Source: Piromyces finnis finn (Eukaryota; Fungi; Neocallimastigomycota). Taken from it: a stretch of 64,000 nucleotides of DNA. The stretch's first letter is position 1. Every line of letters starts with the position of its first letter. The notes beneath the pieces are model-generated. The model worked only from the letters and a program-made list of their open reading frames with translations. It was not told where the DNA came from and searched no databases. Shown here piece by piece: positions 1-12,080 of this stretch. The position numbers and the translations under genes are program-made. The stretch lies in assembly GCA_002104945.1 (NCBI GenBank), contig MCFH01000030.1:558001-622000 (forward strand), read 5' to 3'.

Positions 1-7
1 TGCAGGA

Positions 8-993
8 ATGATTTTGAGTACAGAAAGATTACGTAGCAAGAAAGCATTATTACTTTCATATATAGAATTTTACAAATTAAAACATGTTACAAATCACAAC
101 GATAGTTTATCTATGCTATTGGATATGTTTGATAAGGATGGACCTACTTTAAGATTTCCGGCCTCTCCTGGAGGGATAGAAGCTATCCAAAAAACTTCAT
201 ATTATTATATTTATAAAAGATTTTTGAATATGATCCAATATTCTCCAGAATATGAGATAATTCAACAGTGTAAAAATAGAAATATACAGCGCAATTTTAT
301 GGATGAATTTTTTCGCGGTAAATTAGAAAAAATAAGTGCAGTATATGAAAATCGACCACCAAAGTTTAAATCTAAAATTAAATTGGCTATACAGGATTAC
401 AAGTTGAAATCGAATACACCTCAAACAAAAAAATAGTGAAAACTTCTGAAACGGTACCATTACCAGAAAATGGCCTATCACCGAAGAATACTGAAAGGAA
501 TGTAGTATGTCTAAATTCAAAAGTAAAGAATTCTAATAATAATGAATATTTTGATGATTATTTGAATAACATTTCAGATTCAGATTATGATTCTATTTTT
601 AATAATGTGGTCTTTTCCTTGGAAACTAGCTCTAGTCAACATGGAGAAACAGAGAGTAGTTTAGACGAGGATTTCGATAATGATTTTGATAACTTTTCTG
701 ATACAGATTACGACTCTATTGTTAATAATATTGTTTCTTCAGGACCTGACTCAAGTCAACAAGAAAAAACAGAGAGTAGTTTAGACGAAGATTTTGATAA
801 TGATTTTGATAACTTTTCTGATACAGATTACGACTCTATTGTTAATAATGCAATTTCTTCACAACTTTGTTCAAGCCAATAAAGTAAAGTAGATGACTCT
901 GATGAATATTTTGATGACTATATTAACAATCTATCTGATACAGATTATGATTCTATTGTTAATGATACAGTTCAGGTTACTAATACCTACTAA
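8..993 (+). pseudogene. Intronless ORF of unknown function (probably begins upstream of the window), broken by a frameshift at an A7 run (427-433) and a nonsense codon (880-882); acidic repeat C-terminus
   Basis: ORF 8..436 overlaps ORF 436..882 by 1 nt after an A7 run. The second frame continues past TAA 880-882 to TAA 991-993 with a further YFDDY..N.SD.DYDSI.N unit. No family motif recognised. Confidence 0.4.
631..880 (+). repeat. 120-nt tandem repeat (2 full units plus the start of a third) encoding a 40-aa acidic unit, with diverged partial copies on either side
   Basis: 631-750 and 751-870 align (AGAGAGTAGTTTAGACGA.GATTT.GATAATGATTTTGATAACTTTTCTGATACAGATTACGACTCTATTGTTAATAAT). The third unit starts TCAAGCCAATAA, where unit 2 has TCAAGTCAACAA. 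Confidence 0.9.
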
Positions 994-1736
994 TATAAAT
1001 TATCACTATACCCATTATTATAAAAATGAAAAATAATTTTATTATTAACGATATACTTCATTGTATTAAATATATATTATAATATATTTTAATATATTTA
1101 CAATATAAATTTAGTCATATTATTTCATTTAATTTAAATTATGTAACCTTAAATTATTCAATAAATTGAATTATTAATTAATATATTGTAAATTAATAAT
1201 AAATTAATTCATTATTTAAAAATCCTTTAAGTTTATTGGTTATTTTTTAGGTAATTTTATTTGTTTTAATTCTTCTAATCACAAAAGTTTTATTATTTAT
1301 TATAGTTTTTGATTTATGTCACACAATATTTATGATTTGAATTTATTTAGTTAAATAATCATTCATTCATTTATTTCAATATTTTCTAAAAATTTGCTTT
1401 TAACCTAACCATTTATAATCATGAATAAAATTAAATATTTCATTACTTTTTTGCTATTAATAGTAAATATATTATTTACGCTTCAATTATATATTATTAT
1501 ATATTACCAATACTAATCAATTGCTATTAATTTATAATGTTTTTTTTTGTAATTTTTATCCTTTTTTTTTTTTTTAAAAAAAAAACTTAAAGTAATTTTT
1601 TTTTTTTATAATAAAAACAATAGTTAAAAAAAAAAAAAATTTAAAAGGAATTATCACTTACAAATTCATTTTTATATAAAGAATTATTAAAAAGAATTTA
1701 CTCTCAACCAATAAAGAATATAAATAAAATATAAAA

Positions 1737-3092
1737 ATGAAATCTTCAATTGTTGTATTATTATTTACATTAATTGTTGCTGCTTTTGCTGAAAAGGAAA
1801 TTGCTATTACAGAACCAAATCAAGCTACAGTATGGCAATTCGGTAATGTTTATGAAGTTAAATGGAATACTGAAAGAACTGGTCCTGCAACATTAAATCT
1901 TGTAAGTTTTTCATTAATAAAGTAAAAAGATGTAATTTTTTTATAAAAATAAAATAACAAATGTGAAAAATGTGAATAATGAATTATCAAAATTATATTA
2001 TTGTAAAACAATTTTATAAATTATTTAGTAGATAAATTTATAACAAAATGAAAATGTACAATAGTTAATAATGTACAAGTAATAGTTAATGATATATGGG
2101 TATATTCAAAAAAAAAAAAAAAAAAAAAAAAAATACCGAGAAAACATATATATTACCGAGTATTAATATATTATAAATGGTCAATATTTTTATTATTTTT
2201 ATAAAAATTTATTTTCAAATTTTTATAAAAATTGAAAATAAATATTTACAAATAATAAATTGTAAATAATTAAGTTTTTTTTTTAAAAAAGAAGTGACAT
2301 GCAAAAAAACAAAAAATGAGAAAGAAAAATATATAAAAATTTATTGAGAAAATTAATTAGAATTATATATTAAAAGTAATAAATAATAGTTAAGCGTAGA
2401 ACGTAAAACAATGAATTTAAAATTAAAAATTTGCAAGCACAAAGAAATTTAAAGGAAAAAAAAAATATTATAGGAATCTCAATTCTTTTTAATACTTTTT
2501 TTATCAAATGAACAATAATTGAATAACAAGATTTTATATATTTATAAATGACTGTTTAATTATTATTAATATTTTTTTGATGTTTAAAAAAAATTATTAA
2601 AATTCAGATATACTATGAAGGTCCAGATCCAACCCAAAGTAAAGATAATCCATTCATGAATATCAAGGTTGATCATTTAGAAGCTGGATCAGTATCATTT
2701 GATTTAGTAAGTATAAGTAACATTTACAAAAATAATAATTTATAATAAAAACCAAGGAATAAAAATAATAAAAATACATAAAAGGAAATATTATTAAATA
2801 ATTATGATTTTAACAAACTTTTTTTTTAATTTGCTATTTTTAGAGAGATACTGTTGCTAAAATTGATGATGTTAAAAAGCAATTACCAATTAGTGCCAAA
2901 AAATATTTCCTTCGTTTTGATGATTTAAAAAATACTGGTTATTCACCAACTTTCACAATTAATGGTGGTGAATTAAATGACCAACAAGTTAAAGATTTTA
3001 AAGATAAGAAATCTGGTACTTCAAGTTATGCTTATACTGCTGTCATTGCTATTGTAATTGGTATTATCACTACACTTACCAACATTTTTTAA
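1737..3092 (+). CDS. Secreted, probably GPI-anchored cell-surface protein with a Kre9/Knh1-like N-terminal domain; 3 exons (1737-1901, 2608-2706, 2844-3092)
   Basis: Signal peptide MKSSIVVLLFTLIVAAFA, then ITEPNQATVWQFGNVYEVKWNT. GTAAGT donors at 1902 and 2707 and AG acceptors give a continuous frame ending in a hydrophobic tail (SGTSSYAYTAVIAIVIGIITTLTNIF*). Confidence 0.8.
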
Positions 3093-3971
3093 ATAATAAA
3101 GTAGAAATTAAAGAAAATAAAGAATTTAATAAAAGGTTATTCAATATAGAATATATATTATAGAAAAAGGAATAAACTTTTATTTTTTTTATATTTTGAA
3201 TAATGTTATAAATAATTATAAAAGTTACATTTTATATTTAAATTAATATATATTATAGAAATAGTAATTGTAAATAAAATCAATTATTATTAAATATTTC
3301 ATAAATAAATAATAAAAGTGAAGTAAAATGAATTAAAAAAAAATATTTATATATATTAATTATAGAATGTATCGAATTATGTAATGAATAATTTCTATAA
3401 TAAAATTATAAAATTATAAATAAATGTATAAATATAAATAAAAAATGTAAAAAAAAAAAAATAAAAAATAAATCATTTATGGCTGTATTTTATTCACTAG
3501 TAGTAGCAAGAAAAATTTACTTATAAAATATTCATGAATTTTAAATGTTTTGTAATCATGATATTCATAATAATATTTACGATTGTTTTTTTAGTATTTT
3601 AAAATTAAAAATTTGGTTTGTTATATTCTTCTATTGATATTCACAGACTTAATATAAAAAATTTAAGAATACCTTGATTTATCCGTAATCATTAAGGTTA
3701 TAAGATCATTATAGAAATTGTTACTGTAAGCGATAAAGTTACTCTTGCCTAGTATTTGTTCATGTCACAGTAATGATAAATAATTATTTCATCATTGTAA
3801 ATTAGAATGTTTTACATTTACTCAATAACAAAACTTCTTCACTCGAATTTTCTTGACAATCTTGTTTTACCCTTTTTCATAATAAATATTAGAATCAATT
3901 TATCATTCTGAAAATGAAGAAAGAAGAAATTATTTATAATTATTTTTATATGTTTTTTTTTTTTTTTTTTT

Positions 3972-4192
3972 GATGGGATTTTAGCTTGGGATGAGTTACC
4001 AAATCGATAAGACAGAACAAAGACATTTGAATGAACAGCTTTTCGTTCATCAGGGTTTCATGTTTCATAGATAATCTTACAGCTTTTGTTATTAAAATAG
4101 TTTCTATTACTAGTAATTCTTTAAAACTACTTTTTGATAAGATTAATAAAGCACCTAACATAATCAAGAGTAATGACGTCATACCAATATAA

Positions 4193-4223
<31 letters not shown>
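3972..4223 (+). mobile_element. Possible short 3' fragment of a non-LTR retroelement (poly(A)-tailed), preceded by a poly(T) run
   Basis: About 220 nt of less AT-rich sequence; a short frame ends in TAA just before an ~A30 tract; ~T20 on the left. No TSD found. Confidence 0.3.
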
Positions 4224-4225
<2 letters not shown>

Positions 4226-5140
4226 ATTCACAGAACTCAATACTAGCAATTCAATAAATAAAATTATTAAGGATTTAGGTGAGAGTTAAGTTGATATCAC
4301 ACTATCCTATTTGATATTTTCTATTTTGTTTCATTTAATTTATTCGGCAGGCCTATACACAGAACAAAATTGCAGAGTTCATTGAATTTTTATTAAACGA
4401 TATTTATTTCATATTCTATTAATAATGAATACTAATAAAGATTATATATATATTAATAACTTTTAATCCTATTTAAAGAAAAAGTTATATAAATAGATAG
4501 TATTATTATAATTTATAAAATTATGATAATAAATTTTTTAAATTATAATTATTACTATATAATTCAACCACTCCACTACCAATTAAGTTATCAAAGAATA
4601 CTTAGAATTATTAGCTGTTGATCATTTAATAAATTATTATAAAAATATTTTTTTATAAAGCAACTAAAAATTATAAAAATACAGAGTTGTGATTTTTATT
4701 AATATAAATCATAGTAAAAGCAATATACAATTATCATAATACAATTATATAAATTAATAGTTAGCAAACGATAAAGGTTATTTCTTTTCGGATGAAACTA
4801 TATTATTTATCAATTTTAGTAATTTTAATCCATGACACCTTCTGTACTACATCATTTCTATATCATAACCAAAAAAAAAAAAATAATTAAAGCTTTTCAT
4901 TTAATAATTAGGTTAAAATATTTAAGAGGTTATCATAAAAGAAATTTAAAAATATCAAAGATATAAATTTTTGAATAGTATATGATCATTTAAGAATATT
5001 ATTAATTAATTGTTTACTATTCTATAATTACTTTTATTTTATTATCTACATTATCACATACACCACCCATACAATTATTAAAAATTTAATTTATGTATTC
5101 CTATTTATTAATAGTTATAAAATTTATAAGAAATTTTTAT

Positions 5141-5290
<150 letters not shown>

Positions 5291-6112
5291 GTAATACTAA
5301 TAATTAGAATTGGAATTCTATATTCTCATTTTCATTAATCTACTAGTTTTATTTATTTTTTTTTTTAAAAAGGATTCTACTTTTCTTTTACAATATCTTT
5401 TTTTTTTTTTTTAATTAGTATTTCAATTTATTTTTTAAATTAAAATTTTTGATATAATGAAGGAAATTAATAATTCTATTTTATTAATTAAATTTTATTA
5501 AAAAACTTGCATTTTATCGTACATATTCTCTTACAGAAAAAAAAAACAATGACATTAATAATTATTTATTTAACAAAAAACTAGAGATTTGAACCAATCA
5601 ATTATTCTTTTTAATAAATATTATTTTTTTTAGGTGATTTCATATAAACTTGGAGATAGTGAAGGGATAAATATAATATTATTATTTTCCTTTTCTTCCT
5701 TTTTTTTTTTTAAATGAATAAAAAAATAATATATTTTTAATTAATAATACCTAAATACATTGCATAAAATAATCCAAATAGGTTTTAATTTTCATTTTTA
5801 AAAGAGATGGTTTTATTAAACCTTATTTTTATACATTCAATATTTATATTAATTACATTAATAAATAATGTATTTTAAAGATAGATTTATTATATAAATA
5901 ATAACCATATTACATTACATTACATTAAATTTGGTTTAATCATCCATTCTTAATATATTAATTAATTAATTAGTTAATTAATTAACAATGTATTTGTTTA
6001 ATTAAAAAAAAATTTTTTTTGAAAAGTATAAAAAGAAAAATATAAATTCCATTATTTTCTTTTTCTTTAACAATAATAAAACAAAAAGTTTGTTTATATT
6101 GAATAATTAAAA

Positions 6113-7021
6113 ATGGCCAACCCAAAGGTAAATTGAATAGGAAAGATATAAAATTAAAGGGAGATGAATGATAGAATTAGAAATAAAAACAAAAGTGAAA
6201 TTCCTAAAATTATAAAACAATTAAAATATAGAAAATAAAATAGTTTATAAAAGTAGTCATATATATAAAATGATCAAAAATAAATAATTTTTAAAAGTAT
6301 GCTGAAATAAATATTAATAAAATGATTATTTTATTTAATTTAAATTGTATAGGTTTACTTCGATGTTACTGCTAACGACCAACCACTTGGTCGTATTGTC
6401 ATGGAAGTAAGTATAAATTTGAAGTAAAAAAATATGTATAATTTTGGTATTTTAAATAAAGTAATCTAAAATTTTATTATAAAAATAATTTATTTTATAT
6501 AAAAAGCTCTACGCTAATGTCTGTCCAAAGACTGGTAAATATTAATTTATTATTAATTAAAAGCTTAATTTATTATTATAAATAAATAGATTATTAATAA
6601 ACTCTATTTTTTATTATAATTAGCTGAAAACTTCCGTGCTTTATGTACTGGTGAAAAGGGTTACGGTTACAAGGGTTGTACCTTCCACCGTATCATTCCA
6701 AACTTCATGATTCAAGGTGGTGACTTCACTAACCACAACGGTACTGGTGGTAGATCTATCTACGGTGCTAGATTCGCTGATGAAAACTTCTCCCTTAAGC
6801 ACACTGGTCTTGGTACTCTTTCCATGGCTAACGCTGGTCCAAACACCAACGGTTCCCAATTCTTCATCTGTACCGTTAAGACTTCCTGGTTAGATGGTAA
6901 GCACGTCGTCTTCGGTAAGGCTGTTGAAGGTTTAGAAGTCGTTAAGGCTATTGAATCCTTCGGTACTGACTCTGGTAGTCCAAAGGCCAGAATCGTCATT
7001 GCTGACTGTGGTCAATTATAA
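6113..7021 (+). CDS. CPR1: Cyclophilin A-type peptidyl-prolyl cis-trans isomerase; 4 exons (6113-6127, 6353-6406, 6506-6534, 6624-7021)
   Basis: Spliced product [95 protein letters not shown]; canonical GT-AG introns. Confidence 0.97.
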
Positions 7022-7540
7022 GCAAATTAATAATGAAAGACATTAATTATTAATATAAATATTTTTTTATAATTGATAAAAAAATACTAATTTAATAATT
7101 TCAAAATAATGTTAAAAACGCGAAAGTAAAATGAACTTTTTATTTCATAGAAAATAAATTCAATGAAATAAAATGGTAAGAAGTATTAAAAGTAAAGCGA
7201 TAATACTTGTCAATATATAAAATATATTGATAACAATGCATTTATAAAGTAAAACTAAAAAAAAAATATAAAATAAAAAAATTACAAATAAAAATTTTAT
7301 TATTATTTTAAATTGAAGTGTTGAAAATGAAAAGTTTATTAAAGGTGAAAGTAATATATATATGGAAATTTATAAATACTTTAGAAGGGGAAAAGGTTTA
7401 TATTTTTAACAAAGTATTTTGTTTTTGTTCGATTGAACGTAATGTAAGAATCAATTCATTATTTATTTTTCGAAATGGAAGTAAGAGAAAATATTTATAA
7501 CTATATTTTTGCGTTCTTTCTTGGTGAAACTTTATGTGTA

Positions 7541-10500
7541 TCAAAGGAAATCCAATCAAAGCGCAATATTATGATTTCAATCTCAACATTCAACAATTAA
7601 TTCTAATAGTTCTATCAACTCTGATAAAAGTTCAATAGTTGATAGTTCTTCAGTTTCACAGCCATCTAGTAATAGTTCTACTTATTCCTCTGATGCATCA
7701 TCCATTAATAATGATGACCTTGATAATAATAATAATAGCAACGATTCTTCCTCATCCAACAAGCCTGATAACTTTTCTTTTTGTCTTAGTTGGAACACCA
7801 ATGGGTGGAATCATGAAAAGAGAGATAGTATTAGCTATTTCACAGCTATTTTCAAACCATTATTTTTATGTTTCCAAGAAACTGGTAATGGTTCTGGTTC
7901 GAATACAGATTATCCTTGTCGTGTTACTTTGCGAAACTATAGACACTTTTTCAAGAAAGCTGATGAATCAGTTCCTGGAATGAGAGGTTTATATTTAGGT
8001 TTTCACAATTCGTGTCAAGCCTCACTTGAAAACTTCTCTGGAAAGTATATTATTTCTATTTATACTTTTAGTCTCTGGAATAGATTCAAATGCTCGATTG
8101 GAAATGTTTATATGCCTCATAGTCATCACAACATCTATGTTGATCATGCAAAGTTAGAAGTTCGCTTGTGGTTACAAACTCATTCATCCCATCCATCGAT
8201 TCTTGTTGGTGATTTTAATATGTCTAAAGTAAAATTATCCAACTGGTTATCAACTAATGGATTAGGAGATTGGGAAATTCTTCCGCTTAGAGGGTCTACT
8301 ATCTCTTGGACTCGAGGTGATCAATCTTCCGACATTGACCATGCTCTTATCAATTCGAAGATGAAAGATCTTATTCACTCAGGATCATTTATAAATAATT
8401 TTTATCCTGTATCAGACCATAAGCCACTTCTTATTAATGGTAAAATTATTCCTATGGAAGATTTTTCTAATGACTTTAATGTTCCTAAGAAAATTCTGAA
8501 ATGGAATAGATTAAAATGTATTGAGGAAAAGGAATCTATTCTTAGTCATAATAAATTCCAAATTCTTTCAGCAAAATTCAACGATCCTAATGTTTCTACA
8601 GATGAACTTTCCAAAGAGTTTACTTCAACTGCTTTTTCAATTGCAGACGAGCTCAGTATTACCTCAGCAAATTATGTTATAAAGTCTTCATTTCATATTT
8701 CACAACAAATTTTTAATCTTCAAAAAATCAAAATGAAGTTGTATAAGAGATTTAAAAAAGAAAGAATTTATGATATAGATGAATTTATTAAAAGAATTAA
8801 AATCTACCGTAAGCTCATTGATTACATCCACAAAAGATGTAATGAATTTAGGAAACAAGAATATCTTCATTGGATTAAAACAGGATGTGAGTATGAAGAG
8901 TCATAATCCTAAGAAGGCCTGGAAATGGATCAAGAAAACTGCAAAAATTGGAAAAGATTCTTTCTTTATTGCTCAACCAATTAAAAACAAAAATGGAGAA
9001 TTAGTTGTTGCCACGGAAGAACAACTAGATGTGTGGCATGATCATTTCGAAAATCTTGCATCAGATCCAAGTGGTGTAAGTCTTGATTTGGAGCATTGGT
9101 ATGAAAAACCAAAGAATAAACGTTTTTCACTTCCTATGCTTGATGAGTGGGATATCAACCAAGATATTAGTATTGATGAAGTCAAGTCAGCTATCCTCTC
9201 TACTCCAAATTATAAAGCATCAGGTCCGGATGGTATTCCAATTGAATTTTACAAAGCATTAATTCCATCAAGTAATGATTCTAATAATGCTACAGATAAT
9301 AATTCTTCCGGCGGTAATACCACTTCAGATAATGATGCTCATGGTTTAAATTTTATTCTTAAATTATTCAACCGTATTTGGGATGGAGACTTCCCCAACT
9401 CATGGAATGAATCCAGTATTGTTTCTATTCCTAAGAAGGGAGATTTGACAGATTGTGATAACTATCGAGGTATATCACTTATCAATAATGGCATTAAGTT
9501 GATTTCCAAAATTGTCACCACTAGAATCTCAGAATATGGTCTAAAGGATAATTTCATTAGACCTGAACAATTTGGTTTTCGAAAAAAGGAAGAAAGTATC
9601 AGTCTTTTCATTTCAATCCAAGAAATATGCCGTAGACGTCAATTAGATAATAAAGAGACATATTTGGCCTTTTTAGATCTCAGGAAAGCATACGATTCAG
9701 TCCCAATCGGTAATATTCTCCATAAATTAGATTGTTTAGGAATCCGAGGTAAGAGTTTACAATTCATCAAAAATTTATATTTAACATCTAAGGCTAATGT
9801 CAAATTAGATGGACAATTCTCGAAATCTTTTGATGTGAAGAAAGGAGTCCGTCAAGGTTGCCCACTTTCTCCTATTCTCTTTAATCTCTTTATTAATGAT
9901 ATATTTAAAGAGTGCGAAGATCTAGGAGTCAGTTTAGGTGACACTCGATGCTGTGGTGGACTTTTTGCAGATGATATAGTTATTTGTGCTCCAACAAGAG
10001 GATGATTAAAAAAGATGCTTAGAAGAGTTAATGAATGGGCCTTGTATAATGAAATGGAATTTGGTATCCAGAAATGTTCAACGATGGTGATTCGTCCTGA
10101 ATCAATAGAAAATCAGATCAAGAGAGATCCAACATTTTACTTAGCAGGACAACCCATTCCAACTACTGATTGCTATACTTATCTTGGTGTTCCATTTGAT
10201 AAGAATTTGTCCCTTAAACCAGTAATTAAAGCTCTTAATAACAAGGTTTTGAAAGGACTTTTCTCAGTCAGTAAATTCTTAAGAAATCATAATATTCCTA
10301 TTCCTTTCAAAAAACTAGTACTTAACTCACAAGTGATTAGCAGAGTTTCATACTTTGCACCATTACTTGGATCCAACAAAGCTAGGTCTAGGATTGCTCA
10401 GAAGCATGTTAACAAAGGAATACGATGGGTTGCCGGAGTTCATAAAGCCGTATCGTTTATATCTTTATACTCTATCTCAAAAGATTTGAATATTCCTCCA

Positions 10501-11799
10501 TTGTCAGCCAAATGTGCGTTAGCTCAGGTTAGATGTTTTAACAAATGGAAAAACTCGAATTGTATTATCTCACACCTTGTCAATTACATTCCTAAATTTA
10601 GAAAATACACGTGGTGCAAATCAAGTAGGACACTTGATAAAAAACTAAAGAAACATGGAGATATTAAAGCAGTTAAAAACTTTTATTGGAAAGATCTCAA
10701 AAGGAATTCAATCAAAGCGCAATATTATGATGATAATAAATTTAGTGAAACTAAAGATTTTATTAAATTATGTTATGAATACCCAGAGTTTGCCTATGGC
10801 TTCTACTGGCTATTGAAAGCAAGAAGCGGATACAAGTTGGATGCTAGAGTTGCCAAAGCTGCTAAATTTGTTGATCCAGTTTGTCCTAACTACTGTCCAT
10901 GTTGCAAGTGTGGAGATCAAAGTTTTAAACATTGGTTATTAGATTGTCCAACATTTAGAGATATCCGTATTAAGCATTATGATTCCATAGTCCAGCTATT
11001 AAATTTTTTCAGTAAACGTAATTCCAACAATCCTATCAATAATAATGAAAATGTTAATATCAGTAGAGATAGCAATAGTATTAATAGTAATAGTAGCAAT
11101 AGTAGTAATAATAATAACAATAGTAGTAGTAGAAATAATAATATTAGTAATGATAATAGTGAAGATAATAATTCTAATTTAGATAGTAATTTAGTTAATG
11201 ATAGTAATAGTTCTAATAATCCGGTGAATATTAATGTGTATGATTATTCTAGTGTGTGCAGTAAAATATTTAAATTCCTTCTTGGGGGAAGAAGTTTTAA
11301 CAATATTAATTACAATTCAAGGGAATGGAAAGAACTTTGTAAGCGTCAGATTCAATCTGGTACTAATGAAGGAACACCATTCTTGACGGTAACCGCGGAA
11401 CTTCTAACCAAAATCATGCCTTTTGCTATTGGCTAGCAATGGTCAATGTTCAAAAGGTTTGAAGCAACATCCAAGAGCGTCAATGCTGAAGAAACAGTAA
11501 GACAGGCCAGGAGGGCCAGCGCAACCAATGGAGATCATAATTTTGTTCCATGACAAAATTTTGATCTTTGGCTCGGTGTCCCATTGGAAGTCAAATACAA
11601 TTATTATACTTTAGTATGATAGTGGCTTTCTTACTTTAATTAAAATTACTAGAATACATTATACCCAATTTTTATTCATTTGTGTTTATTTAAACATATT
11701 TTATTTTTATTTTTATTTTTAATTTTTTATGTAACATGTATTATAATTTTAATTAAATTAATAATAAAGTTTAAAATATTTGATCCTAAAAAAAAAAAA
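7541..11799 (+). mobile_element. Non-LTR retrotransposon (LINE) copy 1: 5'-truncated; APE endonuclease - RT - CCHC-type zinc finger; inactivated by a 2-nt deletion near 8895 and TGA at 10003-10005; poly(A) 11788-11799
   Basis: APE motifs SWNTNG, FQET, LVGDFN, SDIDH, SDHKP. RT motifs KASGPDGIP, NYRGISL, QFGFR, FLDLRKAYDSV, GVRQGCPLSPILFNLFIND, LFADD, YTYLGV. CPCCKCGDQSFKHWLLDC. Poly(A) tail. Confidence 0.97.
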
Positions 11800-11889
11800 G
11801 ACCTAATCGAGAGCGCCGACGTCTCATCGATATTTATAAGATAGACTAATTAAATATTAATTATAGTTTTGTCTCCTGTAAATTCTTAA

Positions 11890-12080
11890 TTTTGAGAATA
11901 TTTTTTATTTAGAATACGATCGTATGAACAATTTAATTGAAAGGAGTATAATAAAAATGTCTATACTTTTAAATATTATTTTTAAGGTGGGTGGGAAATT
12001 TACTGTAAGTTTAGAAAATATATATATTGTTGCTTTGACTTTTTTGCAGATGATATACTTATTTTATCACCAAGAACATA
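11890..12080 (+). mobile_element. Old, degraded LINE RT relic next to the tail of copy 1
   Basis: GACTTTTTTGCAGATGATATACTTATTT (FADDILIL) at ~12039-12066 resembles the LINE FADDIVI segment. KVGGKFT-like sequence lies upstream. Confidence 0.4.

Noticed and set aside
540-960. CRISPR-like array
   Set aside because: The repeats are in-frame coding units with a 120-nt period and no unique spacers; the context is eukaryotic and there are no cas genes.
6641-6999. Antisense and alternative-frame ORFs over cyclophilin, CotH (16736-18343), the giant gene, the 7TM genes and the LRR-dockerin linker (49505-50050)
   Set aside because: Shadow ORFs produced by codon bias and Thr-repeat linkers of real genes; no independent motifs.
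10003-10005. Selenocysteine readthrough of the in-frame TGA (TGC in copy 3), with the 3' hairpin acting as a SECIS
   Set aside because: Copy 2 has TAC here, the hairpin lacks SECIS spacing, and copy 1 also has a frameshift. This is a simple nonsense mutation.
11484-11500. Hammerhead ribozyme core (CTGAAGA / GAAAC) in the LINE and SINE tails
   Set aside because: The two strings overlap; there is no stem II followed by a separate GAAA, so the core cannot form.
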